A DNA stretch of 64,000 nt from contig CM120643.1 in assembly GCA_051362555.1 (NCBI GenBank), positions 16,992,848-17,056,847 of the forward strand, read 5' to 3'. Numbering within the stretch: the first letter of the stretch is position 1; each line of letters opens with the position of its first letter. Of this stretch, positions 38,880-49,265 are shown piece by piece. The DNA comes from Lingula anatina (Eukaryota > Animalia > Brachiopoda). The translations under genes and the position numbers were made by a program. The notes below the pieces were generated by a model that searched no databases, had not been told where the DNA came from, and saw only the letters and a program-made list of their open reading frames with translations.

Positions 38880-41800
38880 TAATATGTTGCCCTTTCTTCA
38901 ACCAATCAAAAGACTAAATAAAATAATAATGACACAGTAAAAAAATTACAATTATAATCAATTTCTCTTAATTTTCATCAGTCAAGCAAGATATTTTAGC
39001 TGTTGTTAAAAATTCTTCATACTGAGAAAGATCCTACCCTCTACAAGGGCCACATATTGATATTTCATAAGATATTTCCAGATGTCTCAAATTTAATTGA
39101 TGGCTAATCTTTGTTCTGAGGCGACAGTGAAAATGTCCACATAATAATAACTGTGGCCCTGGTAGAAGGTAGCAAGACGTGATACATTATAACTGTCCTT
39201 TTTCCCACACCTGTACACACACCATTAAGGAACATAAGATGCAGCATCATTTTTCATCACCATGGCAACATCTCTCAACAACAACAGCAATCTCAAATCC
39301 ATTTCATTAGCATTTTTCACACAATACATTAGCATATGGTTTACTGAAAAAAATAAACCAGTTGCCCTGGTTGGGGAAACTTATAACGGCTATAATTCAA
39401 ATAACACATGGCATATAATGAATGCCTCTTTTGAAGTGAACTGAATACTGAAAAAAAATCTGCATGGGTCATGATTTTGAAAGGAATGGTAAAATAATAC
39501 TCTAACTGCCAGCCTGTCAAAAACCTTTTAACTATATATTAAACTGATGATATAGTATGTTCAGGCATCTTATTTATCATTATCTTAAGATTATCTCAAG
39601 GTAAAAATGTTAATTATCAGGTGTGTGGTTGTTTATAAATAAATAAGTAAATAATCAGCCAAATAAATAAATAAATAAATAAAAAATAAAATAAATAAAT
39701 CAGCCATTGAGTCATGGAAAAAATGATTTGAGAGAGAGCGAGGATAGGAGGGAAGGGAGGTGATTGAGCAAGGTAACTAATGATGAGTTGAAATATTAAA
39801 GATTTAAATTTCATTTTAGCACTACATCTTAAATTTCACTACCCTAAGCTTTCTTAAGGTTTTCCTGCCTCACTTCACCAATTCTATAGCTGCAATATGT
39901 ACACCAGCCTACGATGCATTTCACATGCAAATTTACCATGTCAGAAATCATTTCATGTAAAACATGTAGCATGAGAACTGCCTTCAGGTTTAAAATATAA
40001 CCAACATAGATATTTTATGAATACTAAAATATGATAAATTTTTGGGGTATGAATAGATCATTACAGTTGAGTTTTGAAGTTTTTATATTCTCTGAGTCAT
40101 ATATAGATAACTTCCTTTATTTCTATTATCATTATTAAAGATAAAATATGACATGAAATGACCTCTTTTTCTATTATGGCTGATATGATTCCGATAAAAG
40201 CAGCCATTAAATTAAAATCACAATTATTCAAAACTGGTCCAACAGTATCATCCAGGGGTTATTTTTCAGTGTTATTTCATCATCAAATTTTTAGTATCAC
40301 CTGGTGTATTTATTTTCAATAAATTCAATCCTATTCTATGTTTTTTCTTCATTCAACTCTCTCTCTTTCACTTATGAATCACTTGTCAATTCATGAACTA
40401 TCCAAACAAACAGGTAGATCCAGATGAATTTCCCTCCCTTCCTAAGAGAAAAGAAAAAGAAAGCACCATTAGGCCCACCAAAGCATGCTTCATATATTTT
40501 TTAATGCCCCAAACTTTTATTACTTTTCAGAAAACTTAAAGCAGGTGTCTTTATCTCTGCCATGAGGTTAGGATACTTTTAAGTAAAAACAAAGAGAAAA
40601 AGACCTACTTTAGGGAAAAAAAAAAAGAACTAAAACACTTAAAAACTATCCTTTTTAAAAATATCCCGGGTAGCCCCCCCCCCCCCCCCCCCCCCAGGGA
40701 AAAAAACACCTGTGGTGCTATCTGTGCATGATAGCTATGGTAAAACATGAGACATTTCACTCTATGTCAGGACAGGGGCATAAGGTAGGAGCTTTTTCAA
40801 GATAAAAGATGATAGCAAACATTAAATGTATTTTGTAATCTGCACTTCCCTGCCAAGCACACATGCAATACCAACAGACTTCGATGTTCAAGTAATTTTA
40901 TGAAAAAAAAGAGCAAAAGCAAGTTGTTATTTTGCAGCAATAGGCCAATTTAATCCAGTTTCTTTTTCCTCCACTGAACTGTCTCCTGACCTGAGTGCAG
41001 ATCATAACAAACCAAAATAATAAATAGAGATAATAATTTCACGACTTTCAAGGTAAGACCTTATTTAGATCTTTCTCGACAACAACCAGTCAAACAAGGT
41101 TTGAATTATTCTTGAAGTACCTGGATAAAAATGTACCCATTTCTACCACACAAATCTACTATCTTCATGCCAAACAAGCATTTGTTCCTCCATAAAATGT
41201 TCTAAATGTATGCACAAAAAAAAAAAAAAAAAAAAAAGAAAATTGAAGACAATGATCTAAACCACTTTTTTACCACAACTGCAAAGTGTGCATGATTAAA
41301 CAGAAAAACAACCATTCAAAAAAAAAAAAAAAAAAAAAAAAAATCCACAGCTACATTGAGTTAAATATATACAACAAACTGCAGAAAAGACCAAGGTTAC
41401 AAAGTACAGTCAATAAGCCACAAACATTAAGATCCTATCATGTCTTAAGACAATAAAGGAGGTCTTTGACAGTCCACATAACACCCATGTCCACTGGACA
41501 GTAATAATGGACACAATAAATCGTTCAGGGAGGTTTATTATGCTTTAATATATGTGACATCATGTATTCTGGATTCCGTATAATGTACCTGAGGAAAATA
41601 CCTTTGATGTTAATGGACTTAATGTTACGCCAGGTATTTACCCACTGTGCTGAAATGTATTCAGGTCACATACAATAAAAAAAAAAGAATATCAAATCAA
41701 ACCAAAGTCAGCTGACACAAGTACACGCAGCACTTGCTAAAAATAAATAAAATATCAGAATATGTTTGTATGTTGACAATGCAATAGCAGGCAGATTGAC

Positions 41801-44363
41801 TGTGGTGCAAGACGAACGAAAAAAAAAAACTTCAAAAAATCAAAAAGTTACTAGCAAATCAACTAACTAATTTTTGCTCTGTATAAATATGATTTCATGA
41901 TAAGTACAGTGTCAGACAAATTATATATGGTGCATATATATATTGGAGATGTAGCTGCAAGTTTGATAGCGGGAAAATGAAACATTTAACAGAAAGCTAA
42001 AATTTCTAGCAACAAGTTTAAACTGGTCTATGTTATAGAATACAAAGCTGTGGCCAGAAAAAAAACACAGGCTAGCTCTAGTTCCCCCTTGAAGTTAGAA
42101 ACTGTTATATACATCTAGGCCACATATATAAATACAAATATATCAATTTAATTAAAAGACCTGAATACAAAATAATCATGACTGTTACTATTTGTACCAA
42201 TATTACCACAATGATTCCCAGGGGCACCCTTGTATGGCATTAATCCTGATCTAAGTTAATCAAATCAGCAATAAAAACATCACCAATTGACCTTGTATTG
42301 ATGTGTCAGTACTTTCAAATGAATCATAATGCATTAATTATACTTTTGAATGTTACCAAGACTATCAGACTGAGTAAATGACATCCTGACCATTCTATGA
42401 TGATGGATACCAGAGGGTAAAATGATTTTAATGGGAAAAAAGAAACCAATAATGTAGAAAATATCTCTAGGGATGGAGTCATTACAAAGGTGTTCTGGAA
42501 ATAAGCCCTTACAGAAAAAAACAATGAAATGTTAAAAAAAAATACTGTGTTTTGTAGAACATCTCCATCAGTGTCATCTAACAAGCTAAAGATATAAAAA
42601 TCATTTACCAAGCCATAAGCAACCTACCCCAGCTCTGACACACACATGAAAAAGTGAAAATCAATTTCTGCTCTAAAAATTGGATTCTTTATATAATGCA
42701 TTCACAGAATAAATAAATAAACAAAAAATAAACAAATAAATAAATAAAATGACCCAACAATCTACTAAAGAAGAAAAAAAAAACCCAATGCATCACCTAC
42801 CTGTGAAAAGGTGTTCCATATATAACTTGCCAACCTAAAAGCCATGATGGTCTTATAGGACTGATATATATATACATTTATATTCCTACGTTATCATGGT
42901 AATGAGTATAAATCCAAACAGCTGCCACTTCAATAGTTATCACTTATTCTTGAATCATCCAGTTTTCACAAAGCTTTCTAAGAAAGGTGATGAAAAATGG
43001 ACGTATGGCACAAAAACAAAGACCCTGGTGTAAAATCCCACTGCTGCAATTATTCCAATTTCTTTTTCGCTTTCATTATCTTTTCATATCTATTGACAAC
43101 AATGGTGATTAAAAATACACCATTCTCGGTGCCAATCCTGGTCCCTGGGTACAAAATCTCACAGGTGCAGTGCCTCCTTTGGTTCTTTATTCCATCCAAG
43201 AGCAACAATGGACTACGGACTTCAGACTGGAGACAACCTACGTCCTTGGTCCACCCCAGTGGAACATAATGTATTCCTTGTCCGTCATGTCCAATGAAAT
43301 CTGACACACACTCCGAACTCCATGACTGTACCCCCCCTTAATGTGACCAGCGTCTGTTATCAGAATATGGTCAGTCTACTGATGAGGAGTGGACAGGACA
43401 CTAAAAGGGGTCAGTCAGTCTCCCTCAGGTGCAAAAGTGACCCTCTACTGTTGGTCAATGAACCACTGCCAGCTAAGAGCTGTCTCATTAAATCAAGGTG
43501 ACATTAACTACCTCTGGTACCATGATGAATTGGTAGCTGGTATATTACTTGGGTTTTTGAAAAAAAAAAATACGCCCTGAGTTTGTAGCTCTCTCAGCTA
43601 TGAATAAACGTCCATCTGTATCTCAATACCTACAGATTATGCCACGTTGTATCTCTTACATGTAAAGATGGCATGAATATGCCAGCAGCCTATGATTTCA
43701 AATCCTCAGCTCCCCTAGCTCTGATATATCTCCACGCACTATTTCAAAAATGCAGAGTTCATTGGTTTGAATTTTAAACATGTGTACTCGCAGACTGCAC
43801 TATGGTGTCTCAGTCATGTGAGAAGGTGGTTGAAAATAATACCTGTGTTAAGAAGCCGTTACGTTACACTAAAAAGTCCTTGTTCCTTGGAGCATGTCTG
43901 CCCCGTACAGGTAGATTTGTGTCAGCTGCTATGCAACATAACCTCACCTCCACTCAACCAGCATTATCTATGTTGAAATCAAAATAATGGCAGCATACCT
44001 TTTTTTTTTTTAGTCAAACAAAATATTCCCTCCTTTAGTGACAAGTATGAAGAAAAATCTAGAGATTTCATACAATTTTCTAGTCAAAATAATATTTTCA
44101 GATGCAGGGGATTTTTATTTTTCAAGTCATCCTGACCCTGATAACCTCATCTTCACCTGAACTGAAGAGTGGCAGACAACATCTAATGCGAGCAGACGAC
44201 ACTGACATGTCACATGGTGTTTTGCATCAATCATAACATACAAAATTTCTTCTGCTGTTAAATTCTTTACAAATCAGGTGAACTGCAGGAGGTCAATAGT
44301 AAATGAAAAAGTGACACAAGGATTTTTATTCAAACTTTCCTACTGTCTGTAAAAACTATATTC

Positions 44364-45262
44364 TACGGAGCTTTGTTAGTATCATATTAACTTTTTTTTA
44401 TTTTCATTTAAGTTTTATTTTATGGAATTTTCACCGCGGTGAAAATTATTTTCACCGCGGTGAAAATAATTTACACCGCGGTGGAAAATAATTTACACCG
44501 CGGTGGAAAATAATTTTCACCGCGGTGGAAAATAATTTTCACCGCGGTGGTAATTCCTGGCCATCTCGGCCCGGGTGATGCATACATGTAGTATATGCGA
44601 ATCCAAAATTTACCAGATGTCTGGGAAGGAAGTTGATTAAGACAAGCACATGCACATGCACGCGGTTTAACCGGTCTATGTGCCAATCATCCCAGGAATG
44701 TGGAGGAAGCGGGCAGTATTCGAATAGATTAAAAACCACCGAAATGCTGCAATGTTGTACGTCGTTTTTCCCTTTATAATAACTTGCGTATTATTGGGGA
44801 TATTGGTAGAAAGAAACCTCTCCGAAGAAACCGAGATTACATCTATTAAGATAAGATCTATGGGCAAACACATCACACGAATATTTAAAAATACATTGTC
44901 CAAAAATAACATTAAGTATTTAGTAATTACAATGGGATTCCCTTTGCATAAAACTGCAAGCGGGACTTTAATTATATAGGTGGTAAATATAGATGGGAAA
45001 CCTAAGTTAACGGCAGTGGCCCCACGAACAGATCCTCCAACCTTGTGTGTATGTAACAATAGTATGCACCGTGACGGCATCTGGCAAATGTAAGGTTCTC
45101 ATTAACTATTCATCACCCGGGCCGAGATGGCCAGGAATTACCACCGCGGTGAAAATTATTTTCCACCGCGGTGAAAATTATTTTCACCGCGGTGAAAATT
45201 CCATAAAATAAAACTTAAATGAAAATAAAAAAAAGTTAATATGATACTAACAAAGCTCCGTA
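44364..45262. mobile_element. Non-autonomous TIR DNA transposon, IS3EU-like (899 bp)
   Basis: Termini TACGGAGCTTTG...CAAAGCTCCGTA with a 6-bp TSD ATATTC (44358-44363, 45263-45268). Long near-perfect TIRs at 44364-44580 and 45111-45262. TAY..RTA ends with a 6-bp TSD match the Repbase IS3EU definition as recalled; the superfamily label is an inference. Confidence 0.85.
44428..44550. repeat. Subterminal tandem array of about 22-bp units with palindromic core CACCGCGGTG (6 copies)
   Basis: Six CACCGCGGTG cores in the left TIR and three in the right TIR (45142-45194). Confidence 0.9.
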
Positions 45263-45498
45263 ATATTCTCTCTCCCCTGATACCTTTATTCAAAATTCAA
45301 CCAAACCAAAATCACAAAATAAATAAATAAATAAAACAGCTTACAACAAAGGTACCCTGGTTAAAAAATAACACAGGTGGCAGTTTAGCATTCAGGCTTT
45401 TGTAAGCTCTGCTTCAAACCCATCCACACTAATACTTATATAATTAACTGAAATAAGACCTCACTTCACAGAGGAGTCTTGTTTCAGTCAATCACAAA

Positions 45499-45554
45499 GT
45501 GCACTGCCCTATCATTAACAGGTGCACTGCCCTATCATTAACAGGTGCACAGCC
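45499..45554 (+). repeat. 23-bp tandem duplication (about 2.4 copies)
   Basis: GTGCACTGCCCTATCATTAACAG twice, then GTGCACAGCC. Confidence 0.9.
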
Positions 45555-45914
45555 ACGTGTCCCACTGGTTTCCTATTTCAATTACTGACACCATAACCAG
45601 GGTAATCAGCATTTCATTAAAGCTGGCAAACCTCTACTATACCTAACAGAGTTCACCCATGTGACATTTAGAGCACTGGAGTCTTGCTTCCGTTCCCATC
45701 TTATAACTTGACTTGCACAAGGGGTGTGTGGTGATGAAGGGGAGAGGGGGGGTATCAAACCTATAAAAATGACTGTTTTCAAAACTTTCAGTTAATGCCC
45801 AATCTTTTCCTTTGCTTGTCGTTCAAAATTATGTATCAGTCATTAACTCCTCTTACTTCAAATTTATTATTTGGCTTTGCATGAATATGAAATTAAATTA
45901 AATAAATGCTATAT

Positions 45915-46025
45915 AATTCAAAAATTAAACGAAACTTACCTGTAAGTTGATGTTTGATTGTAATTCTATGAGACAATTATAGGTGAGGAGATGAAATGAG
46001 AATGCACAGTGCGCATGCGCGTCAG
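45915..46025. repeat. DIRS 3' terminus: terminal extension plus 35-bp ITR core
   Basis: 45991-46025 ATGAAATGAGAATGCACAGTGCGCATGCGCGTCAG is the reverse complement of 50469-50503. Confidence 0.9.
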
Positions 46026-46140
46026 GTTTTTAAAGCATTTTTGCATGATTTCTACAGAAGTTTAATATTAAACTTCATTCCCTAATAATAGTCTGCATCA
46101 GTATTATCATAAGGTACACAATTAGGGAGGGTGGGAGAGG

Positions 46141-46263
46141 CATTTCATCTCCTCACCTATAATTGTCTCATAGAATTACAATCAAACATCAACTTACAGG
46201 TAAGTTTCGTTTAATTTTTGAATTCTATATCGAACAATTATATTGGTTCGTCATGAAATGAGA
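46141..46263. repeat. DIRS internal complementary region (ICR)
   Basis: 46141-46224 is the exact reverse complement of 45915-45998 (84 bp). 46222-46263 is the exact reverse complement of 50493-50534 (42 bp). The two halves overlap at ATT (46222-46224). Confidence 0.95.
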
Positions 46264-46377
46264 CTTTAAAGCACAAATCATGCAAAAATAACAACGTAAA
46301 ATCACGTTTAAATTCGAACAAGAAAACTTTATTGGTTATCAAACAGATAAGTACTAGCAGTTAATAAATGAACTGAC

Positions 46378-47598
46378 TTAAGACCTTTGCTTATCCAATT
46401 CAAGTACAGCTTTCACTACTGTGTCATTTTTGACTATTTCTTTGTCATAAAATCTTGTAAATGTACTCTTATTTGACCAACCAGCATGTTTCATTATATC
46501 CGCAAGAGGGACATCCATCAGTTTAGCTTTAGAGGTTGTTGCTGCTCTCACACTATGAGCACCATACTTCACAGTATCTATTCCTGATCTTATTAAGACC
46601 ACTTTAATCCACCGTGCAACAGTGTCCTTTGACACTGCTTTATGTGGTTTTCTGAAACTTATCAACAACCTGTTTTCTTTACTGTCTCTCAACATTTTAG
46701 TACGTTTCAAGTACTCTTTCATGACAGTGTACACACAGAGTCTCCTATCAGGAGGGTAAGCTCTTAAATGAACTTTGGAAAAATGAACTCCTGGTCTACT
46801 TTGCTTAATCAAACCATCACAACAGAAAACATATTCAGACGTTAACTTTTTAAAATTCTTAACAGTCAACAAGTGTACAGTCTGAATCCTGGCAGCATTT
46901 ACTAATGCAATAAGCATAGCAAGTTTCAAAGTCAAGTCTTTCAAACTAATATTACGCACAGGTGACAATTTGCGCAAATAACATAAAACTTGATCAACAT
47001 CCCAAATATCCATATATCTACTTGTAGATGGGCGTAGATTAAATACACCTTTCATAAAACGGATAACTTGTGGGTGCGATCCTGCTGTATACTGTTCCAG
47101 TAAAATTCCAAGTGATGACAGGGCACTCCTGGCTGTGTTCAAGGAACTATATCCTAAGCCCTTGTTATACAGTTCAGTCAAAAACTCAATAACATCATTT
47201 ACAGAAACATAAAATGAATTAATACTCCGTTCGCAACAGAACTGAAACCATTTTGATAAATATGTCTTGTACTGACATTTAGTCTTTGCTCTCCATGATG
47301 CCATAAAAATGTTGATTGATTGTTCTGAAAATCCACGGTCTCTAAAAGACTTCCTGATAACTTGCATGCAATCAAGGTCATTTGATTGGATAGAGGATGA
47401 ACTTTCTCTGAAAACTGCAGCATTAAAGTTTCTTCCACTGGTGGTAAAATCAAAGGAGCTTTCACCAGCATTTGCATCAACATTGGCCACCATATTTGTG
47501 TTGTCCACAGTGGTACCACCATAAGAGCTCTTGCTTTGTCTGTTTTTATTTTCTGCAGACACCTTGTTATAAGGCTGAAAGGAGGAAAAATATAACAA
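46378..47598 (-). CDS. DIRS tyrosine recombinase (YR)
   Basis: 406-aa ORF with a core-binding region (SWR..T..QY....KW..FC...LGYSSLNTARSALS). Catalytic set: R (NAAR), K (LIKQSRPG), HxxR (HSVR), W (AGW), Y (TRFY). Overlaps the 3' end of pol by 400 nt. The start is uncertain (TTG; first ATG at codon 37, or spliced). Confidence 0.95.
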   Translation of the reverse strand: MLYFSSFQPYNKVSAENKNRQSKSSYGGTTVDNTNMVANVDANAGESSFDFTTSGRNFNAAVFRESSSSIQSNDLDCMQVIRKSFRDRGFSEQSINIFMASWRAKTKCQYKTYLSKWFQFCCERSINSFYVSVNDVIEFLTELYNKGLGYSSLNTARSALSSLGILLEQYTAGSHPQVIRFMKGVFNLRPSTSRYMDIWDVDQVLCYLRKLSPVRNISLKDLTLKLAMLIALVNAARIQTVHLLTVKNFKKLTSEYVFCCDGLIKQSRPGVHFSKVHLRAYPPDRRLCVYTVMKEYLKRTKMLRDSKENRLLISFRKPHKAVSKDTVARWIKVVLIRSGIDTVKYGAHSVRAATTSKAKLMDVPLADIMKHAGWSNKSTFTRFYDKEIVKNDTVVKAVLELDKQRS

Positions 47599-49265
47599 AG
47601 TTCAAAATTTTTCCAATTTAAACTGAATGCATCAATAAATGTGGCATCAGGATCTGGTGTCCAAGAACAAAATTGTTCTACTTTTTTGTTTATTCTTGTT
47701 GCAAATAAGTCAACTGTAGGCTGACCATAATGTTCACATATCTTAGTGAATATAACATTTTGTAATTCCCACTCAATATTATCGTTAAATCTTCGTGAAG
47801 GCTCATCTGCTTCATTCTGAATACCTGGTATATGTGAACATATAATCCAAATGTTATGTTTTATACACATATTCCAAATTTGTTTGCTGAGTTCATCACA
47901 ACTTGGAGATTTAATTCCCCCAAAGTTATTTATGTATGCAACAGCAGTAGAGGAATCAGTTAATATTTTTATATATTTTCCCTCTATCTGTGACAAAAAG
48001 GACTTCAAAGCAAACAAAACAGCACGTAATTCTAGGACATTTATGTGACTTCTTGACTCAAAATTAGTCCATCTGCCACCTATTTTAATGTCATTCATGA
48101 CTGCACCCCAGCCAAGCATACTGCTATCAGTCTGTATAGTAAGCTCGGGATTTTCTCTACGAATAACCCGTACCTGTGTTTCAATATTTTCTATCCACCA
48201 CTGAAGTTCTGATTTCATATCAATTGTGATATGCATCTTAGCATTAAAATTGCATTTATTTAGTTTCAATGCATTTATTTTTGCCTTTTCCAGTACTCTG
48301 TAATGAAGTTTTCCTAACTCAACTGCTGAGAAGGAGGCAACTAAAAGTCCAATAACTTTAGCCACTTGTCTGATCGTTTCAAATTCACAACAATGCAATT
48401 TTAAACATGCATCCTTTATTTTATTCTTTCTTTCATTTGGTAAATATACCAACATCTTTTCAGAGTCAATTATATTCCCCAAGTAGGTAATCTGCCTAGA
48501 TGGCAAGAGCATACTTTTTTCAAAATTTATCATAAATCCTAGCTTGGATAGCAGACTGATAGTAGCATGTGCATTTCTCACACAAAGCTCACTAGTCTCA
48601 GCACCTAACAGAGTATCATCAATGTATGAGGTGCTAATGTAACCTTTATTACGTAACCAAGCATACACAGGTTTCATTAACTTGGTAAAAAGGCGCGGAC
48701 CTGGGCCAACCCCATTTGGCATTGCCCTGTACTGATATATTTGTCCTCTCCATTTAAAACAAAAATATTTTTGTTGTTCAACTGCCAGAGGTATTGAATA
48801 ATATGCCATACGTATATCTACTGAACAAAAATACATATTTTTTGAAACAATATGCAGTGCACTTTCAAAATTTTCCATCTTAAAATGATGATATGGAAGA
48901 AACATGTTTAATTTCTTCAAATTTAGAATCATTCTAAATTCTCCATTTTTCTTCTTGGTTAAGAAAATAGGTGAAAGATACTGGTCAGTTTGATAGCTCA
49001 CAGGCATAATAACTTTATCTCTGACCAATTTAGCTATTTCATTATCAATTACTTCACTCTCAAGTCTGTTAAAACTAGATTGAGAGAAACTATGTTGCAT
49101 AGGCAGAGCACTTTCACTAAAATCAAAGTGGCAATGTTTCACTATGTCAAGAATATTTTCGTCATGTGTAATGGTTTCCCATTGAGAGGAAAAATATTTC
49201 AATCTACCTCCAACTTTATAATCTACTAGGGTACTTACCCTATTTATTTTGGGTCCTTGCGCCAA
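47199..49265 (-). CDS. DIRS pol: reverse transcriptase + RNase H + Dam-like N6-adenine methyltransferase domain
   Basis: 688-aa ORF. RT motifs VGGRL..F...W, SPIFL..KK.G.FRMILNLK.LN, HFKME, D...AYY, MPNG and YIDD. RNase H motifs TDSSMLGWGA, HINVLELRAV, TDS.TAVAYIN and HIPG.QN.AD..SR. MT motifs VDLFAT, DAFSLNW, YIFPPFS and VPLW..Q.WWP. The track start is TTG, not ATG. Confidence 0.96.
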   Translation of the reverse strand: MAQGPKINRVSTLVDYKVGGRLKYFSSQWETITHDENILDIVKHCHFDFSESALPMQHSFSQSSFNRLESEVIDNEIAKLVRDKVIMPVSYQTDQYLSPIFLTKKKNGEFRMILNLKKLNMFLPYHHFKMENFESALHIVSKNMYFCSVDIRMAYYSIPLAVEQQKYFCFKWRGQIYQYRAMPNGVGPGPRLFTKLMKPVYAWLRNKGYISTSYIDDTLLGAETSELCVRNAHATISLLSKLGFMINFEKSMLLPSRQITYLGNIIDSEKMLVYLPNERKNKIKDACLKLHCCEFETIRQVAKVIGLLVASFSAVELGKLHYRVLEKAKINALKLNKCNFNAKMHITIDMKSELQWWIENIETQVRVIRRENPELTIQTDSSMLGWGAVMNDIKIGGRWTNFESRSHINVLELRAVLFALKSFLSQIEGKYIKILTDSSTAVAYINNFGGIKSPSCDELSKQIWNMCIKHNIWIICSHIPGIQNEADEPSRRFNDNIEWELQNVIFTKICEHYGQPTVDLFATRINKKVEQFCSWTPDPDATFIDAFSLNWKNFELCYIFPPFSLITRCLQKIKTDKARALMVVPLWTTQIWWPMLMQMLVKAPLILPPVEETLMLQFSEKVHPLSNQMTLIACKLSGSLLETVDFQNNQSTFLWHHGEQRLNVSTRHIYQNGFSSVANGVLIHFMFL

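Noticed and set aside
43163-43299. Possible minus-strand exon (DFIGHDGQGIHYVPLGW...)
   Set aside because: No polypyrimidine tract, a weak donor and no recognisable protein.
44428-44550. CRISPR-like array of regularly spaced palindromic repeats
   Set aside because: Units are directly tandem with no unique spacers, lie within a transposon TIR, and there are no cas genes.
46378-49265. Prophage integrase, retron or bacterial RT + methyltransferase system
   Set aside because: Gag, domain order, overlapping frames and ITR/ICR termini match a eukaryotic DIRS1 element, and the flanks are intron-like animal DNA.
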